Source: Antedon mediterranea
Taxonomy: Eukaryota > Animalia > Echinodermata
Reading direction: 5' to 3'
DNA: 64,000 bases
Assembly (NCBI RefSeq): GCF_964355755.1
Contig: NC_092677.1
Location: 27,577,175 to 27,641,174, forward strand
A program made the position numbers and the translations under genes. The notes below the pieces were generated by a model. The model saw nothing but the letters and a program-made list of their open reading frames with translations, made no database searches and was not told the origin of the DNA. Shown piece by piece: positions 1 through 13,105 of this stretch. Position 1 is the first letter of the stretch. Each line of letters starts with the position of its first letter.

Positions 1-151
1 CACAAATAAACCATACAACCTACAGAGTGGAGTAATTATTAGTATCAATACTATATTTACTACGGTTAATCCACTATTTCATGGTACCATTTTCTTAGCA
101 AATTTAAACCACCTTCCTACAGTACATTTAATAATTATTCATACTACAGTA

Positions 152-652
152 CAGTAGAACCTCCATTTTACGTACGGTACGGGACCGAAAGGCGTACGTA
201 AAACAAGGGATTCGTAAAATCCAGGTTGACCTTAAATTGACCCCAAATACGTAGAGATCGTAGCTGGCCGTGTTTGCCTTCTGTACATTATGCAGGTGGT
301 CACTAGCTAGGCCTTGCCTAGACTATTCAGGCCAGGCTAGCAGGCCTAGCAAGATGTGAGGCCTAACTAGAAAAGTACAGTATATACAGGCTGTGCGATG
401 TTTAAATAAAGTGTAAAATATAATTGTTTTCTATAAAAAAAAAAACAGTCGCTGCTTTATGGGGAATGCACGTGTGTAGCTTGTCCCACACACAGCAGAA
501 TTCCTCACACAGCCATGCTTGTGGCTTTGTGTGCTTTGTTGTTGTTAAATTGCGCCCTCAATGTAAGAAAATGATGACGTCATCGGTTATTTTTAGCGTA
601 CGTAAAATCGAGGGAACGTAAAATCAGGGTACGTAAAACACAGGTTCTACTG
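152..652. mobile_element. Tc1/mariner (pogo/Tigger-like) MITE, 501 bp
   Basis: 24-bp TIRs CAGTAGAACCT-ccat/gtgt-TTTACGTAC (3 mismatches). TA on both sides (150-151, 653-654). Subterminal CGTAAAA repeats, no transposase ORF. Confidence 0.85.
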
Positions 653-675
653 TATACTAAAACCCAATAGTATCT

Positions 676-996
676 CCATACATTAGACTGTTGTATCCAT
701 ACATTAGACTGTTGTATCCATACATTAGACTGTTGTATCCATACATTAGACTGTTGTATCCATACATTAGACTGTTGTATCCATACATTAGACTGTTGTA
801 TCCATACATTAGACTGTTGTATCCATACATTAGACTGTTGTATCCATACATTAGACTGTTGTATCCATACATTAGACTGTTGTATCCATACATTAGACTG
901 TTGTATCCATACATTAGACTGTTGTATCCATACATTAGACTGTTGTATCCATACATTAGACTGTTGTATCCATACATTAGACTGTTGTATCCATAC
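676..996. repeat. 21-bp minisatellite (CCATACATTAGACTGTTGTAT) x ~15
   Basis: Perfect tandem copies; accounts for ORFs 657..977 and 691..1014. Confidence 0.97.
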
Positions 997-3900
997 TATA
1001 TTTACTGCGAGTGATCCGCTATTTCATGCTACTACTACTAGTCTACCATTTTTTTTTTTTAACCATGTTCCTAAATTTAATATTTATTATCTATCATACT
1101 ACAGTATAACCCAATAGTGTATGTCCCAACATTGAAGTAATTTTAATATCATGCAGCAAAGTGTTGTAATAACGAAGGCCTTCTGTTGCCTGCTGTTATT
1201 CAAATCATAACACTTGTTTATTAACCTACACTCTTATCTAATGAAATCATTCATAAAGTTGGCCTTCCACAATTCTTAGTAATAGACTATATTACGACAG
1301 GTCAAGACACTAATAAGATCTTAGAGGAAATCAGCCTGGTACTGGTAGTAGAAATACCAAAATATTCAATCCACTTGATTAGTTATCGTCGGTAATAATT
1401 AAGTAATATGTTTCAAGATAGACCAACTAGATGGAATGCACAGATGTAATTAAATTTTAAATTAAAGTTTTGTACTGTGGTTTAGAAATTGTTTGATACA
1501 AGGCTTTTGAAACGTATCATCGTCAATTTTATATAATCCATCTTCCTCAACTGCTGTACACTTCATTCAGTGGAGTTTTGTCCGTTCTGTATTACTTGTC
1601 TCATTACCGGTATACTTTTTATACAATTTGGAAAAACATTTTCACATACATTTAAATGTTGGATAACATTTTACAATGGTGGCAACACTTGAAATAATAC
1701 CCATAATATATTTGTTATTTCTTATATTTATACAAATCTAGTCCATAAATTAAAGCCGTTAATTATACAGTATGAATTATTTATAATTACCACACTTTAA
1801 ACCAATGACGACGTATGGGAGGCCACAGGAGTTTGAAATGCCTAGTGTAGAATGAAGCCTGCACATAATTGGGATAGTTCAACATCACTTTTTTAGGGAC
1901 AGAGACAGAGCTGTAGTTCTGACTCGTAAAATAAAAACGTACAGTAAATTTAATTAATGACAAAAACAAACAAAATCAAGTCCTGTGAATATTTATGATT
2001 TATGTATTTTGGTCTTTAAAAACAAGACCATTAACAGTAATCATAAAGACACGATGTTACTTCTTATAACTGTTATTAATCAACGTCAATATTCCTCACA
2101 CATTTTAATTTTGTAAGAAGCTTTAAAATTTGATGTCCTGATATTAATCAATGTAAGGAATCATGATGATTAAAATGACACCTACTACAAGGTCAACGTG
2201 TGTAATACAATACATTACATTCCTCTTAAAACATAGCGCCTCCAGGCACTGAATCTAGTACGAAGGCCGACAACACTGCCAAGTATTGCTTCAGCCCGGT
2301 GTTAATATCCTCCGCCGGTGAATGACCAATCATGTTGTATCAACTTGCGCCCAATTCTAATTTGAAATTGGTTATGTGGAATCGATAAATTGCAGTCGGT
2401 ACATTGGTAACTTAAAGGTTGTTATTCTATTCTACGTTTGAATTTAATATAATTTTGATCTCAATTTTCTGTATAAATGTCATATGTTTAGCTAAGTTAC
2501 AGTGCCATCTCTCAAAGTCTGCATTAGTTAAGAATATATTTTCTACCATTTTCTATTCCGGATATTTAAAAGTTTGTTCACATACTTTATTAATTCAAGA
2601 TATTTGTGTGAGTTTGATTACAATAATGCATTATGAGAACAGCAATATTTTGAATTATTAACGCACTGCAGTCTAAAATTAGCAATGATAGTTATTCATG
2701 CTGTCGAGTGGAATATTACTGATTAATAAATTCATTCTCATCTAAAATACTGCAAACATTTTAAAATCCCAAAAAACATATTAAATTAATGGACTTTCTT
2801 ATACTCAAATGACTACAGTATGTATACTGTTGAGCGAAAAAAGATCCCCTCAGCTTTAATACATTCATACCTACACGGTCATTTTACATTGAATGTGATT
2901 ACCAGAAACATAAATATAAAATAAATGATTCATTTAGTCTCTCTCTTTTGTATTTTTGTTGTTATTTGAGCTGATATTTTTTTTAACAGAACACAAAAGA
3001 ATTAAATTTATTGCTAAATTCTTGTAACTTATGTCCTAACAGAGTAATTTTATATCAGAATTATTAGCAAACATAATAGGGCACAGCTGGGAGTCAGAAA
3101 GCTAAATTATTGCAAGTCAAAAGTTTACATTCTATGAAAACTGTTGTTAGGTGACAATTCATAGGTGGTTAGCACAAAACAATGCTTAAGTTGAATTCCC
3201 TGGTTTACAGTTTATGTGAAGAAATACCCAGAGGCTGTTGAAATGTATTTTACAGTACATCAGCATAGTATGAATGATTTAGACAAAGACTTAAGACTCA
3301 CCATCAGTTTATGATGCTCCTCGCTAGTAATGTTATTTAGTTTAAAGTAGCACATTCATTAGTTTTTCTCTAGTTAATAGCATTGTCATGAAATCGCTAG
3401 ATGTTTTGCATAATATTCAGCAACGAATATGAGATTGTTTAGGTCTAAATAATACTGTATGATTTAAAGCGCATAGTGGTTGCACAATTTATGTAAGCAA
3501 ATGTGACAAGATTTTTTAATATTATGAAGTTAAGGTTGGTTTACACTACAGCAATGGACTTATAGCAAACTGTATTTATGACGAGCAAGGTCAAAATATA
3601 GGTCCTTTTGTGTAAACCGGGCCATAGGGTGAGTCGTCTGGAAGATGGATGGACGACAGTGTGAACAGGGCCTTAGGATGGGTCCTGAGAAGTGGAAGGG
3701 CCAACATTTACATATTGGCGCTTACTACCATAATTACATTCATGTGTGTATAATTTGTTCTATTCACATTCTTTGCCTAAGTTACTAAAACTTTCTTTTT
3801 AGCATTATCTTTAATGGGTCGTCTTATCCTGTCTTGTGATTCAGGAAATAATAATAATCTTCCTTTCACCTAAGTGTCATTTTAAACATAATATGAGTCA

Positions 3901-4883
3901 TGTTTATTGTTTCGTCTTTTAACACTAACCGAAATCCATAATTATTTTGTCTATAAACTCCTACTGTTTGAGCAATTTGTTCATTTTTATTCACACACAG
4001 TATACTTTCATTTTGTTGTTAGAGTAGAACTCCTCCTATTCAGGAGACACCACTGATACAGTAAGGAGGTATTACAACGAACAAAGGCAAAGATGTTTTG
4101 TTGTTAAAGTGCACTTATTGTGGATATCCCTATTCAGGAGCAAGGAACATGGGACTTGTTTTTTAACACTAAGGCCAATTATTATTACTAGTAAGGGATA
4201 CTTTAGTTGGGTCAAGAAGGTGTCGCCTTATATTTAAAATTTTAAGGAGTTTGTAAAATCTGTCTTCAATTGGTACTATTTGTCCATAGTCATCAGTTGT
4301 TCATGTTAGGTGAATCATTAATTAGAGGGCTAGTTCTATATGCTTTATGATATTTGATATAATTCTGAAGTTCAACCTCTACAATGAAAAAGAATCCTAA
4401 ACACACAGATCAATACATACAGATGTTACAAATGTAGGTTGGTAACTTTAAACTTGATTGCGACCACTGAACAATTCTATACAGAGGAAATCATTAACAG
4501 CTATGAGAAATTGTACTACTAGTCACAAAAAAAAAATATAAAAGTACCCTGTTAGACAACAAACAGAGCATGGAAAATTGGAAATTCATTATTGATTGGT
4601 AAAACTTACACTTAATTGGTAATACTATTGATATTCAAGGACGAAAAAACCTTTTCATATTTTTAAATACTTTTTTGTCCAAAGTTAAACAATGGTGTTA
4701 ATATGACCTTACATGATCTGTGAATTAATTAGAGTCTACTGTACCTATTACAATTACATGTAGCTCATCTGAGTTTACCAAGCGAAAAATTTCTTACACC
4801 TGTCACAGTTTATCAATCCCATAATGCAATGCAATTAACATCCCAAGGAAAAACAAAGGAATTTAACTTAAATGTCTCCATAA

Positions 4884-5032
4884 AGCTTGGTTCCCACTTG
4901 GATGCAACGCAAGCCCACCGTATTAAGTATTTTGACCAATCACGATGCAATGGGTAATCCGATCTGTCACTTGCTAAATCAATGTTTATTCACCTTTATA
5001 ATATTCCGTTGCATCCAAGTGGAAACCAAGCT
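4884..5032. mobile_element. Short MITE (Harbinger/Tourist-like, family B)
   Basis: TIR AGCTTGGTT(C/T)CCACTTGGATGCAACG with TAA/TTA flanks; related diverged copy at ~43650-43810. Confidence 0.7.
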
Positions 5033-5308
5033 TTAGAGCCCAGGTTGCTATGGGATGGAGGTTGCTATGGGATGGAGAAAGTACAAACAATAATAAATGT
5101 ACAGTATTATTAATAATAACAACCAGAAAAGGTTCATCAACCTGTAATGATTAGTAGAGGAACTCATGTTGATGTTGAGTATTTAAGGTTCTTTGTCTAC
5201 TGTTAACAATTCTTGGAAACTTCTTGTGGTTTATCAAGTCTGTTGACATAATACCACTGAGCTACTGTGTAGTTCCATTGTATACAGTACACTTCATTAA
5301 TTTTATAA

Positions 5309-5465
5309 AGCTCTGTCTACACTATTAAACTTTATGTGACAAAAAAATATGATGTGCCCATGTATGGACATGATGATGTCATATCACTACTATATTTTGG
5401 TATATCAATACCATTTGGGCACATCATACTTTTTTGTCAAACTATTTGATAGTGTAGACAGAGCT
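5309..5465. mobile_element. PIF/Harbinger-type MITE family A
   Basis: TIR AGCTCTGTCTACACTAT(C)AAAC, TAA duplicated at 5306-5308 and 5466-5468; at least 8 related loci in the window. Confidence 0.85.
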
Positions 5466-5734
5466 TAAGGCTTAAATCTAGTTTATAATCAACACACAGA
5501 AAATCTTGTTATTTAATTACTGATTCAATCAATTCTACTGGAACATTTAATATTCTCCTTTAAGTTAACGTTAATTAATTTTGTTATGTTCATTTTGTTC
5601 ACTACCCGTCTACATAGTGCCCTCTACAGGTTATTGAGAATTTAATTGTTTTTATTGGTCATTAAACATTAATGGTAATGTTAAATAAAATTAAATAAAC
5701 AAATTAATTCAATTTCACAAATTACATTAGGTAG

Positions 5735-6965
5735 CAGACCTTGATTTATAAATATAAGAGGAGAGCTCCTAATGGCTCTCCTCAATATGTTGAGGAGAGC
5801 CATTATTTAGATTAAGTATTCGAGGCACAGGCCCACCATGGTTGGGCCTGTGGCGAGCCGAATTTTGATAAATGACACCTCTAGATGGCCGGAAATGGTA
5901 CTCTCGCACGTAAAATTCATCGTAGGTCATTGTTCTCTGAACGTAGTCTACGATGTATTGTTATGATAATTATCTACGCGTCGATCGTAGGGTGGTTCGT
6001 AGGGTTAGTAAACACCATTGTCATCGCCTTTACTTTAGAAGCATGGACAATGCAAACAAACAATGTATTGTTTGCTAATTAAAATCCTATCTAAAGATAG
6101 TAGACGTAAATTTTTGTAGCCACCCTAGCTAGGCCTACGCATCGGTTATCCTAATTTGGACGGAAATCCGCCGACGAGACGACATCGGGTCCGTGGACCT
6201 CTCAGCTCACGCAGAGAGAGTCGAGGCTATCTATCTAGGCCTAGTCTAGTTTCGGCGGCCTACACTATAAATTATTTAATCCTACCTTGGGTTAGCGAAT
6301 TATAAAAACAACGACACCTAGGCTAGGACACCAACAAAATATATGCAAAATAAATATATATTCCATATTAATTACTATAAGATTTAATATAAAGGCGACA
6401 TGTGTATAAGAAAAGGCCCGACCAGAATTTGGAGGGGAAAACATGTGAGCAGTTATTAAGATCAAAAGAGTGTTTCATGTCATGTGACACAAAATCCAGG
6501 TACACGATCTATAATCACGATCGTCGGCAGCCACCCTCACATACTGAGTTAAAAAAAAAACATGTGAGATGTTGCGGTAAAGCAGAGAGTATCGCGTTTC
6601 ATGCCATGTGACCAAAAAAACTAGGTCTGTATAATTACGGTCTTCTGACGGCAGTCTTTTTGAGCTACCGATTGAACGTTCTGATACTATATTTAGAATG
6701 AATTGTTTACGATATTTTTCTCGCAACATCAAAGATCGTAGGCGCGCCTAGCCTATCGGGGGTAGCCATAACAAAGATCGTTTGCGCGACTATATATAGA
6801 CTGTGTGTTGTATTCGGGGTTAATATTCTAATCTTATCATTATATATATTTTTATGACGCACTGTAATAACAGGTTGGGGAGCGCTATTTTAGGCGCTCC
6901 TTTGATCGTTTTCAGGAGCGCCAAGGAGCGTCAGCGCCATGGCGCTCCTTTTAAATCAAGGTCTG
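5735..6965. mobile_element. Non-autonomous TIR DNA transposon, ~1.23 kb (hAT/P-like CAG termini)
   Basis: TIR CAGACCTTGATTTA / TAAATCAAGGTCTG. Subterminal GGAG(A/C)GC repeats. Flanks TAGGTAG / CAGGTAG (6 of 7 match). GC/CpG richer than its surroundings. Confidence 0.75.
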
Positions 6966-7511
6966 CAGGTAGTATATTCTTCCTGCTTAAATACAGACTT
7001 TATACTAGTAGTAGACCAAACCCAGTACCGTTTTAATTTCAATCATTTTGGATTTTTTCTCTTGACATTATTACAATACAATATTCTAACGTTTATGCTT
7101 TGTTTTGTTAAATTCTAATCCAACCACTGCTGAATGAATGTTTTTATACCTGAATAAATAAATAAATTAATTAAAAAAAATAATATCTGATGTTTACAAG
7201 AAACACCTAAATCATCAATTTTATATTAATTTCTATATTTACTTTATAATCTTTAAAAACATGTAAACTTGAATAAATTATGATTTTATTAAATCTTCCT
7301 TCCAACTTTAATACTCACTCTAAATAGTTTAAACTTAATTTCTCTTGTAAATGCTCAGTTTGATGTTCAGTGTGATTGACAGCGTTGGATTTAGATATAA
7401 AAATAGATTATTTATTAAATGAATAATAATTAGTGTGTAACTGTTTCAAGTTTGTCTAGGTATTTTAATAATTAAGACACTGCTGTGTTTATATCCTGAA
7501 GTTTGTTTCAG

Positions 7512-7581
7512 GCTGGTGTAAAGGGGCCCACACGACCGGGATCTCCCGGAATTTCAAAAATTATATGTGCAAATATAGATG
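7512..7581 (+). CDS. Possible upstream ANKRD11/12 exon (AGVKGPTRPGSPGISKIICANID)
   Basis: ttgtttcag acceptor and an open frame ending in phase 1, compatible with the exon at 7737. Donor GTTAAA is weak and no homology is recognised. Confidence 0.4.
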
Positions 7582-7736
7582 GTTAAAGTTGAACACTTTA
7601 TTGTACAATTTTAAGTGATTTTTAAATCCTCTGATAATTAACTAGTACATTAGTATTATAATATTACTTATAAAAAGTCATAATGTAGTTAAAGGTGTAA
7701 TAGTTTTAACAACTTGTTCAATTGTTTGAATTACAG

Positions 7737-7898
7737 AAAAGACCAATAGTAAGCCTACACCACAAAAACGAAAGAGACCGGTGTCCCAGCCCGGCAGTCC
7801 AACTGTCCTGGGAACACCGGGTAGGCCTGTGCCCCTGTCTGAGAGACAACAACTTGCCCTGGTACTGGCAATGACAAAGGAGGATAGCAATGCAGTCG
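7737..7898 (+). CDS. ANKRD11: ANKRD11/12 orthologue, N-terminal conserved exon
   Basis: Encodes ...PVPLSERQQLALVLAMT..., matching the ANKRD11 PLSERQQVALLMQMT motif; ttacag/gtaagt boundaries, phase 1/1. Confidence 0.88.
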
Positions 7899-7964
7899 GT
7901 AAGTTTACCCCTTTGCTTTTTAAAAATTAATAATACATTTTTGAAATATATTCATTATCAATTA

Positions 7965-8107
7965 AGCTCTGTCTACACTATCAATCAAACTCTATGCAAC
8001 AAAAAAATGTGATGTGTCCATTTATGGATATGATGATGTCACTACCATATTTGGACATGTCACTATCATATTTAATATAGTAATAGTTTGATAGTGTAAA
8101 CAGAGCT
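7965..8107. mobile_element. PIF/Harbinger-type MITE family A
   Basis: AGCTCTGTCTACACTATCAA TIRs with TTA on both sides. Confidence 0.8.
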
Positions 8108-10732
8108 TTACAACAAGGAAATTTTTCCAAACCCCTTTAACGTTGCTCATTTACATACTAATTTTATTCTTCACTGTTTGTCTAAGATACATCACTCAAG
8201 GGAAATATTCTTCAATAAATTTGAAGGTCGCGAGTCAAGTTTCACATTAGTTATTAGTTTTTTTTTGGTTAGTTCACACTTAAGTCACTTTCTTAATTAT
8301 CGTCTTACTCGTTTTATTGGTCATTATTTCAAATATTGCCTTCTTAAAAGGTCAATATACTTTTTGGTCTTTAAGCTTAAGTATGTTGAACTTAGTAATT
8401 TACTTAATTTCAGATTATACATTCTATGTTAATGAAGCGTTCACACTAGGCTAGGTTGGACTTGTTAAGTCTGAGCTTAAAAGCAGTTTTTAAGCTTAGT
8501 GCCGTAGGTTGCTGAAGCACCCTTTTATGAAATGTTCAAACCCTTTTGAAATTAAACAAAATAGGATTTTATTGTTGATTATAATCTTGTATTGATTGAA
8601 CACAATGGATACGCTAGTTAGCTAGGGTGTATACAAAGGGTCAAAAGGTTATAGTATAGGGTACTTTAAAGGCGTCTCACTGGGGATTGAATATAGCAGA
8701 TGCTGTAGCCTACTATAGCCTAGCTCTACATACATGTATTGAGATCCATATCATGTCCCTTGTGAATGAGGATTATACATTATGGCCTGAATGTCATGTT
8801 TCAATACACCTAGGATTACAACAAGTACAGTTTGAAGAGGACACGTCTTTAATTCCAATCATAATTAATTTGTATGACCTTATGACCTTATTTAATACCT
8901 TGGCACTTTCGATGAACCCTCCATTTATTGGTTTATAAATAGTTTTAAATATGTCACTGAAATGTAAAAAACATTATGTCATGTTAAGGTCAGAACTTAT
9001 TCCCTCTATAATAATTATGGTGTCTAAGTAAAACTCAGATCTAAATTTTCTAGACATAGAGTAGACTTGATGAAAACTTAGTTATTGTACTCGCATTTGC
9101 AGACCAAGATAAGTGAGCAATTTAAATTTGAATCATGTGATATAATAAAAACATTCACCCACATTCTCAAAACTTATTTCTACCTCCTGGTATTAACATC
9201 AAGCCGCCCACTCTTTTTTAATTTGATAAATTTAGAATTTTATAAATGATGATGAATTACCACAAGGCTTTACCATGTTAAAGTACATACTACATTAATA
9301 TTGCATACCTATTTATTGTAATTATGCATTTTTACCAAATGTTTTAAAGAGGTTTTGTGTCTTTCCAATTATTAATGGAAGAATATTCAAACCAAGTTTG
9401 GATTAAAGTCTTTTTAATATTCTCTAGTTTTATGAAAATATATCGCCTTACGAATCTCTAAATTAAATATATAAAACATATAAAACAAAGGAAATCACAG
9501 AAACAGTGAGGATGAAAGAAAATTAAATTGTTCACAATTTAGTTGAACCAGAATGAATATTGATTATGATTGTACTGTGGCTGATGCAATACAACAACTA
9601 ATACACTAAATATCAAATAATCTAAATAATTCTGAATTTACACATTTCTTTCAAATTGTACGGTATTGTGTACGAATTGTTTTATGAATCAATCTAAAAA
9701 AAAGTAACATTGTCCATTTTTACCACAGTTTTATTACTTGAAACATTGTATTTTTTACTTGCATATTTTATTTTTAATGCCCTTTATGAGTCATGCATTT
9801 TAATTCCTAGCGCCAGATGTAAAGCCTGCTTGCATATACTAAGTAACAGATATTTTGATGCTTAAAAATTATCCACAAAAAAATAAATAATTCAGGGAGC
9901 ATCTCAACATGTGTGTTGTAGCATAAATTCTTGTTTAGCGATTTCGTCAAGATAATAATAATTGGATATTATTTCCTACTAGATCAGGTCAACTTGTTCA
10001 TTTCTAATTTCATATGATGACTATGATATCAAATATAATTTAAACCAGCAGAATTGATTAATATCAAAATATTGGAGAACAAAAACAACAATTTTAATTC
10101 TGATTTTGAAACCCAAACCAACCATTTCGATGTAGAATTTTCAAGAACATTATAACAACAATCAATTTTGCTGACTAATGAGTTGCGTTTCCATACTGTG
10201 AAGAGTAATTAATTAAAATTCTTATTTATTATTTTGTGGAGAGTAATTAATCCCTGAAACTGGTAGTGTCTGTATGACGACCAGCATCATATACCTTTTA
10301 ACAAAAGAATAAATCAAGCAATTTGAGAAGTTTGATTACTTGACGTCATGTGTCATTATTTATTGCTATATTTAGAAATGATTGACATGCCTTCTGAATG
10401 CCAAAGGCCTCTTCAAAATTTCTTCTAAAAAACGCAGATTATATGGACTGCATTATCAATTATATTCTCAATGTAATCTACGATAAACTTGCCATATTGT
10501 TATAAAAAACATATTGTTCCATATTTGTAGTTTTTATCAATAATATGCTCACGATTCACGATGTGTTCAGTAGTATAGTCCTGGTATGAATTTGTTGAAA
10601 ATTTAGAGGTGGGGTTGTGCTTGAATTGAATTTATCAATTTATTGATCATTTACGTCCAAATTTACTTGTAGTTACTTCCACAATTAAAAAATTGATTAT
10701 TTTGGAACTAGGAGGCCTACTAGAAAGCCTAA

Positions 10733-13014
10733 TTTAAGTAGTGGCTGTGTGTTACTTACAGTAGCTATGTTAATTAGTACAGTGAGGTAACCTCCCTCCT
10801 CGTCTTTTAAGTAGTGGCTGTGTGTTACAGTAGCTATGTAAATTAGTACACTGGGGTAACCTCCCTCCTCGTCTTTTAAGTAGTGGCTGTGTGTTACAGT
10901 AGCTATGTAAATTAGTACACTGGGGTAACCTCCCTCCTCGTCTTTTAAGTAGTGGCTGTGTGTTACAGTAGCTATGTGAATTAGTACACTGGGGTAACCT
11001 CCCTCCTCGTCTTTTAAGTAGTGGCTGTGTGTTACAGTAGCTATGTGTATTAGTACACTGGGGTAACCTCCCTCCTCGTCTTTTAAGTAGTGGCTGTGTG
11101 TTACAGTAGCTATGTGAATTAGTACACTGGGGTAACCTCCCTCCTCGTCTTTTAAGTAGTGGCTGTGTGTTACAGTAGCTATGTGAATTAGTACACGGGG
11201 TAACCTCCCTCCTCGTCTTTTAAGTAGTGGCTGTGTGTTACAGTAGCTATGTGAATTAGTACACTGGGGTAACCTCCCTCCTCGTCTTTTAAGTAGTGGC
11301 TGTGTGTTACAGTAGCTATGTGTATTAGTACACTGGGGTAACCTCCCTCCTCGTCTTTTAAGTAGTGGCTGTGTGTTACAGTAGCTATGTGAATTAGTAC
11401 ACTGGGGTAACCTCCCTCCTCGTCTTTTAAGTAGTGGCTGTGTGTTACAGTAGCTATGTGAATTAGTACACTGGGGTAACCTCCCTCCTCGTCTTTTAAG
11501 TAGTGGCTGTGTGTTACAGTAGCTATGTGAATTAGTACACTGGGGTAACCTCCCTCCTCGTCTTTTAAGTAGTGGCTGTGTGTTACAGTAGCTATGTGAA
11601 TTAGTACACTGGGGTAACCTCCCTCCTCGTCTTTTAAGTAGTGGCTGTGTGTTACAGTAGCTATGTGAATTAGTACACGGGGTAACCTCCCTCCTCGTCT
11701 TTTAAGTAGTGGCTGTGTGTTACAGTAGCTATGTAAATTAGTACACTGGGGTAACCTCCCTCCTCGTCTTTTAAGTAGTGGCTGTGTGTTACAGTAGCTA
11801 TGTGAATTAGTACACTGGGGTAACCTCCCTCCTCGTCTTTTAAGTAGTGGCTGTGTGTTACAGTAGCTATGTGAATTAGTACACTGGGGTAACCTCCCTC
11901 CTCGTCTTTTAAGTAGTGGCTGTGTGTTACAGTAGCTATGTGAATTAGTACACTGGGGTAACCTCCCTCCTCGTCTTTTAAGTAGTGGCTGTGTGTTACA
12001 GTAGCTATGTGAATTAGTACACTGGGGTAACCTCCCTCCTCGTCTTTTAAGTAGTGGCTGTGTGTTACTGTAGCTATGTGAATTAGTACACTGGGGTAAC
12101 CTCCCTCCTCGTCTTTTAAGTAGTGGCTGTGTGTTACAGTAGCTATGTGAATTAGTACACTGGGGTAACCTCCCTCCTCGTCTTTTAAGTAGTGGCTGTG
12201 TGTTACAGTAGCTATGTGAATTAGTACACTGGGGTAACCTCCCTCCTCGTCTTTTAAGTAGTGGCTGTGTGTTACAGTAGCTATGTGAATTAGTACACGG
12301 GGTAACCTCCCTCCTCGTCTTTTAAGTAGTGGCTGTGTGTTACAGTAGCTATGTAAATTAGTACACTGGGGTAACCTCCCTCCTCGTCTTTTAAGTAGTG
12401 GCTGTGTGTTACAGTAGCTATGTAAATTAGTACACTGGGGTAACCTCCCTCCTCGTCTTTTAAGTAGTGGCTGTGTGTTACAGTAGCTATGTGAATTAGT
12501 ACACTGGGGTAACCTCCCTCCTCGTCTTTTAAGTAGTGGCTGTGTGTTACAGTAGCTATGTGTATTAGTACACTGGGGTAACCTCCCTCCTCGTCTTTTA
12601 AGTAGTGGCTGTGTGTTACAGTAGCTATGTGAATTAGTACACTGGGGTAACCTCCCTCCTCATCTTTTAAGTAGTGGCTGTGTGTTACAGTAGCTATGTG
12701 AATTAGTACACTGGGGTAACCTCCCTCCTCGTCTTTTAAGTAGTGGCTGTGTGACTGTTACAGTAGCTATGTGAATTAGTACACTGGGGTAACCTCCCTC
12801 CTCATCTTTTAAGTAGTGGCTGTGTGTTACAGTAGCTATGTGAATTAGTACACTGGGGTAACCTCCCTCCTCATCTTTTAAGTAGTGGCTGTGTGTTACA
12901 GTAGCTATGTGAATTAGTACACTGGGGTAACCTCCCTCCTCGTCTTTTAAGTAGTGGCTGTGTGTTACAGTAGCTATGTGAATTAGTACACTGGGGTAAC
13001 CTCCCTCCTCGTCT
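10733..13014. repeat. 69-bp minisatellite x ~33 in an ANKRD intron
   Basis: Unit TTTTAAGTAGTGGCTGTGTGTTACAGTAGCTATGTGAATTAGTACACTGGGGTAACCTCCCTCCTCGTC with few variants. Confidence 0.97.
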
Positions 13015-13105
13015 CGAAAGATGTACTATTGTAGGTTCACATTCATCAGCATTTTGTGTACACTGGACATACAGTTTATAGTCTTTACCTGAGAAGACTA
13101 TAATC
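13015..13105 (-). mobile_element. SINE fragment (Nin/Deu-domain-like core)
   Basis: GTGTACACTGGACATACAGTTTATAGTC...GAGAAGACT is shared with 55360-55402, which adjoins a B-box-like motif. Confidence 0.55.

Noticed and set aside
657-1014. Repetitive ORFs (MYGYNSL)n and (LLYPYIR)n; likewise the ORFs at 20734-21053 and 47003-47476
   Set aside because: By-products of 21-bp minisatellites in non-coding or MITE context.
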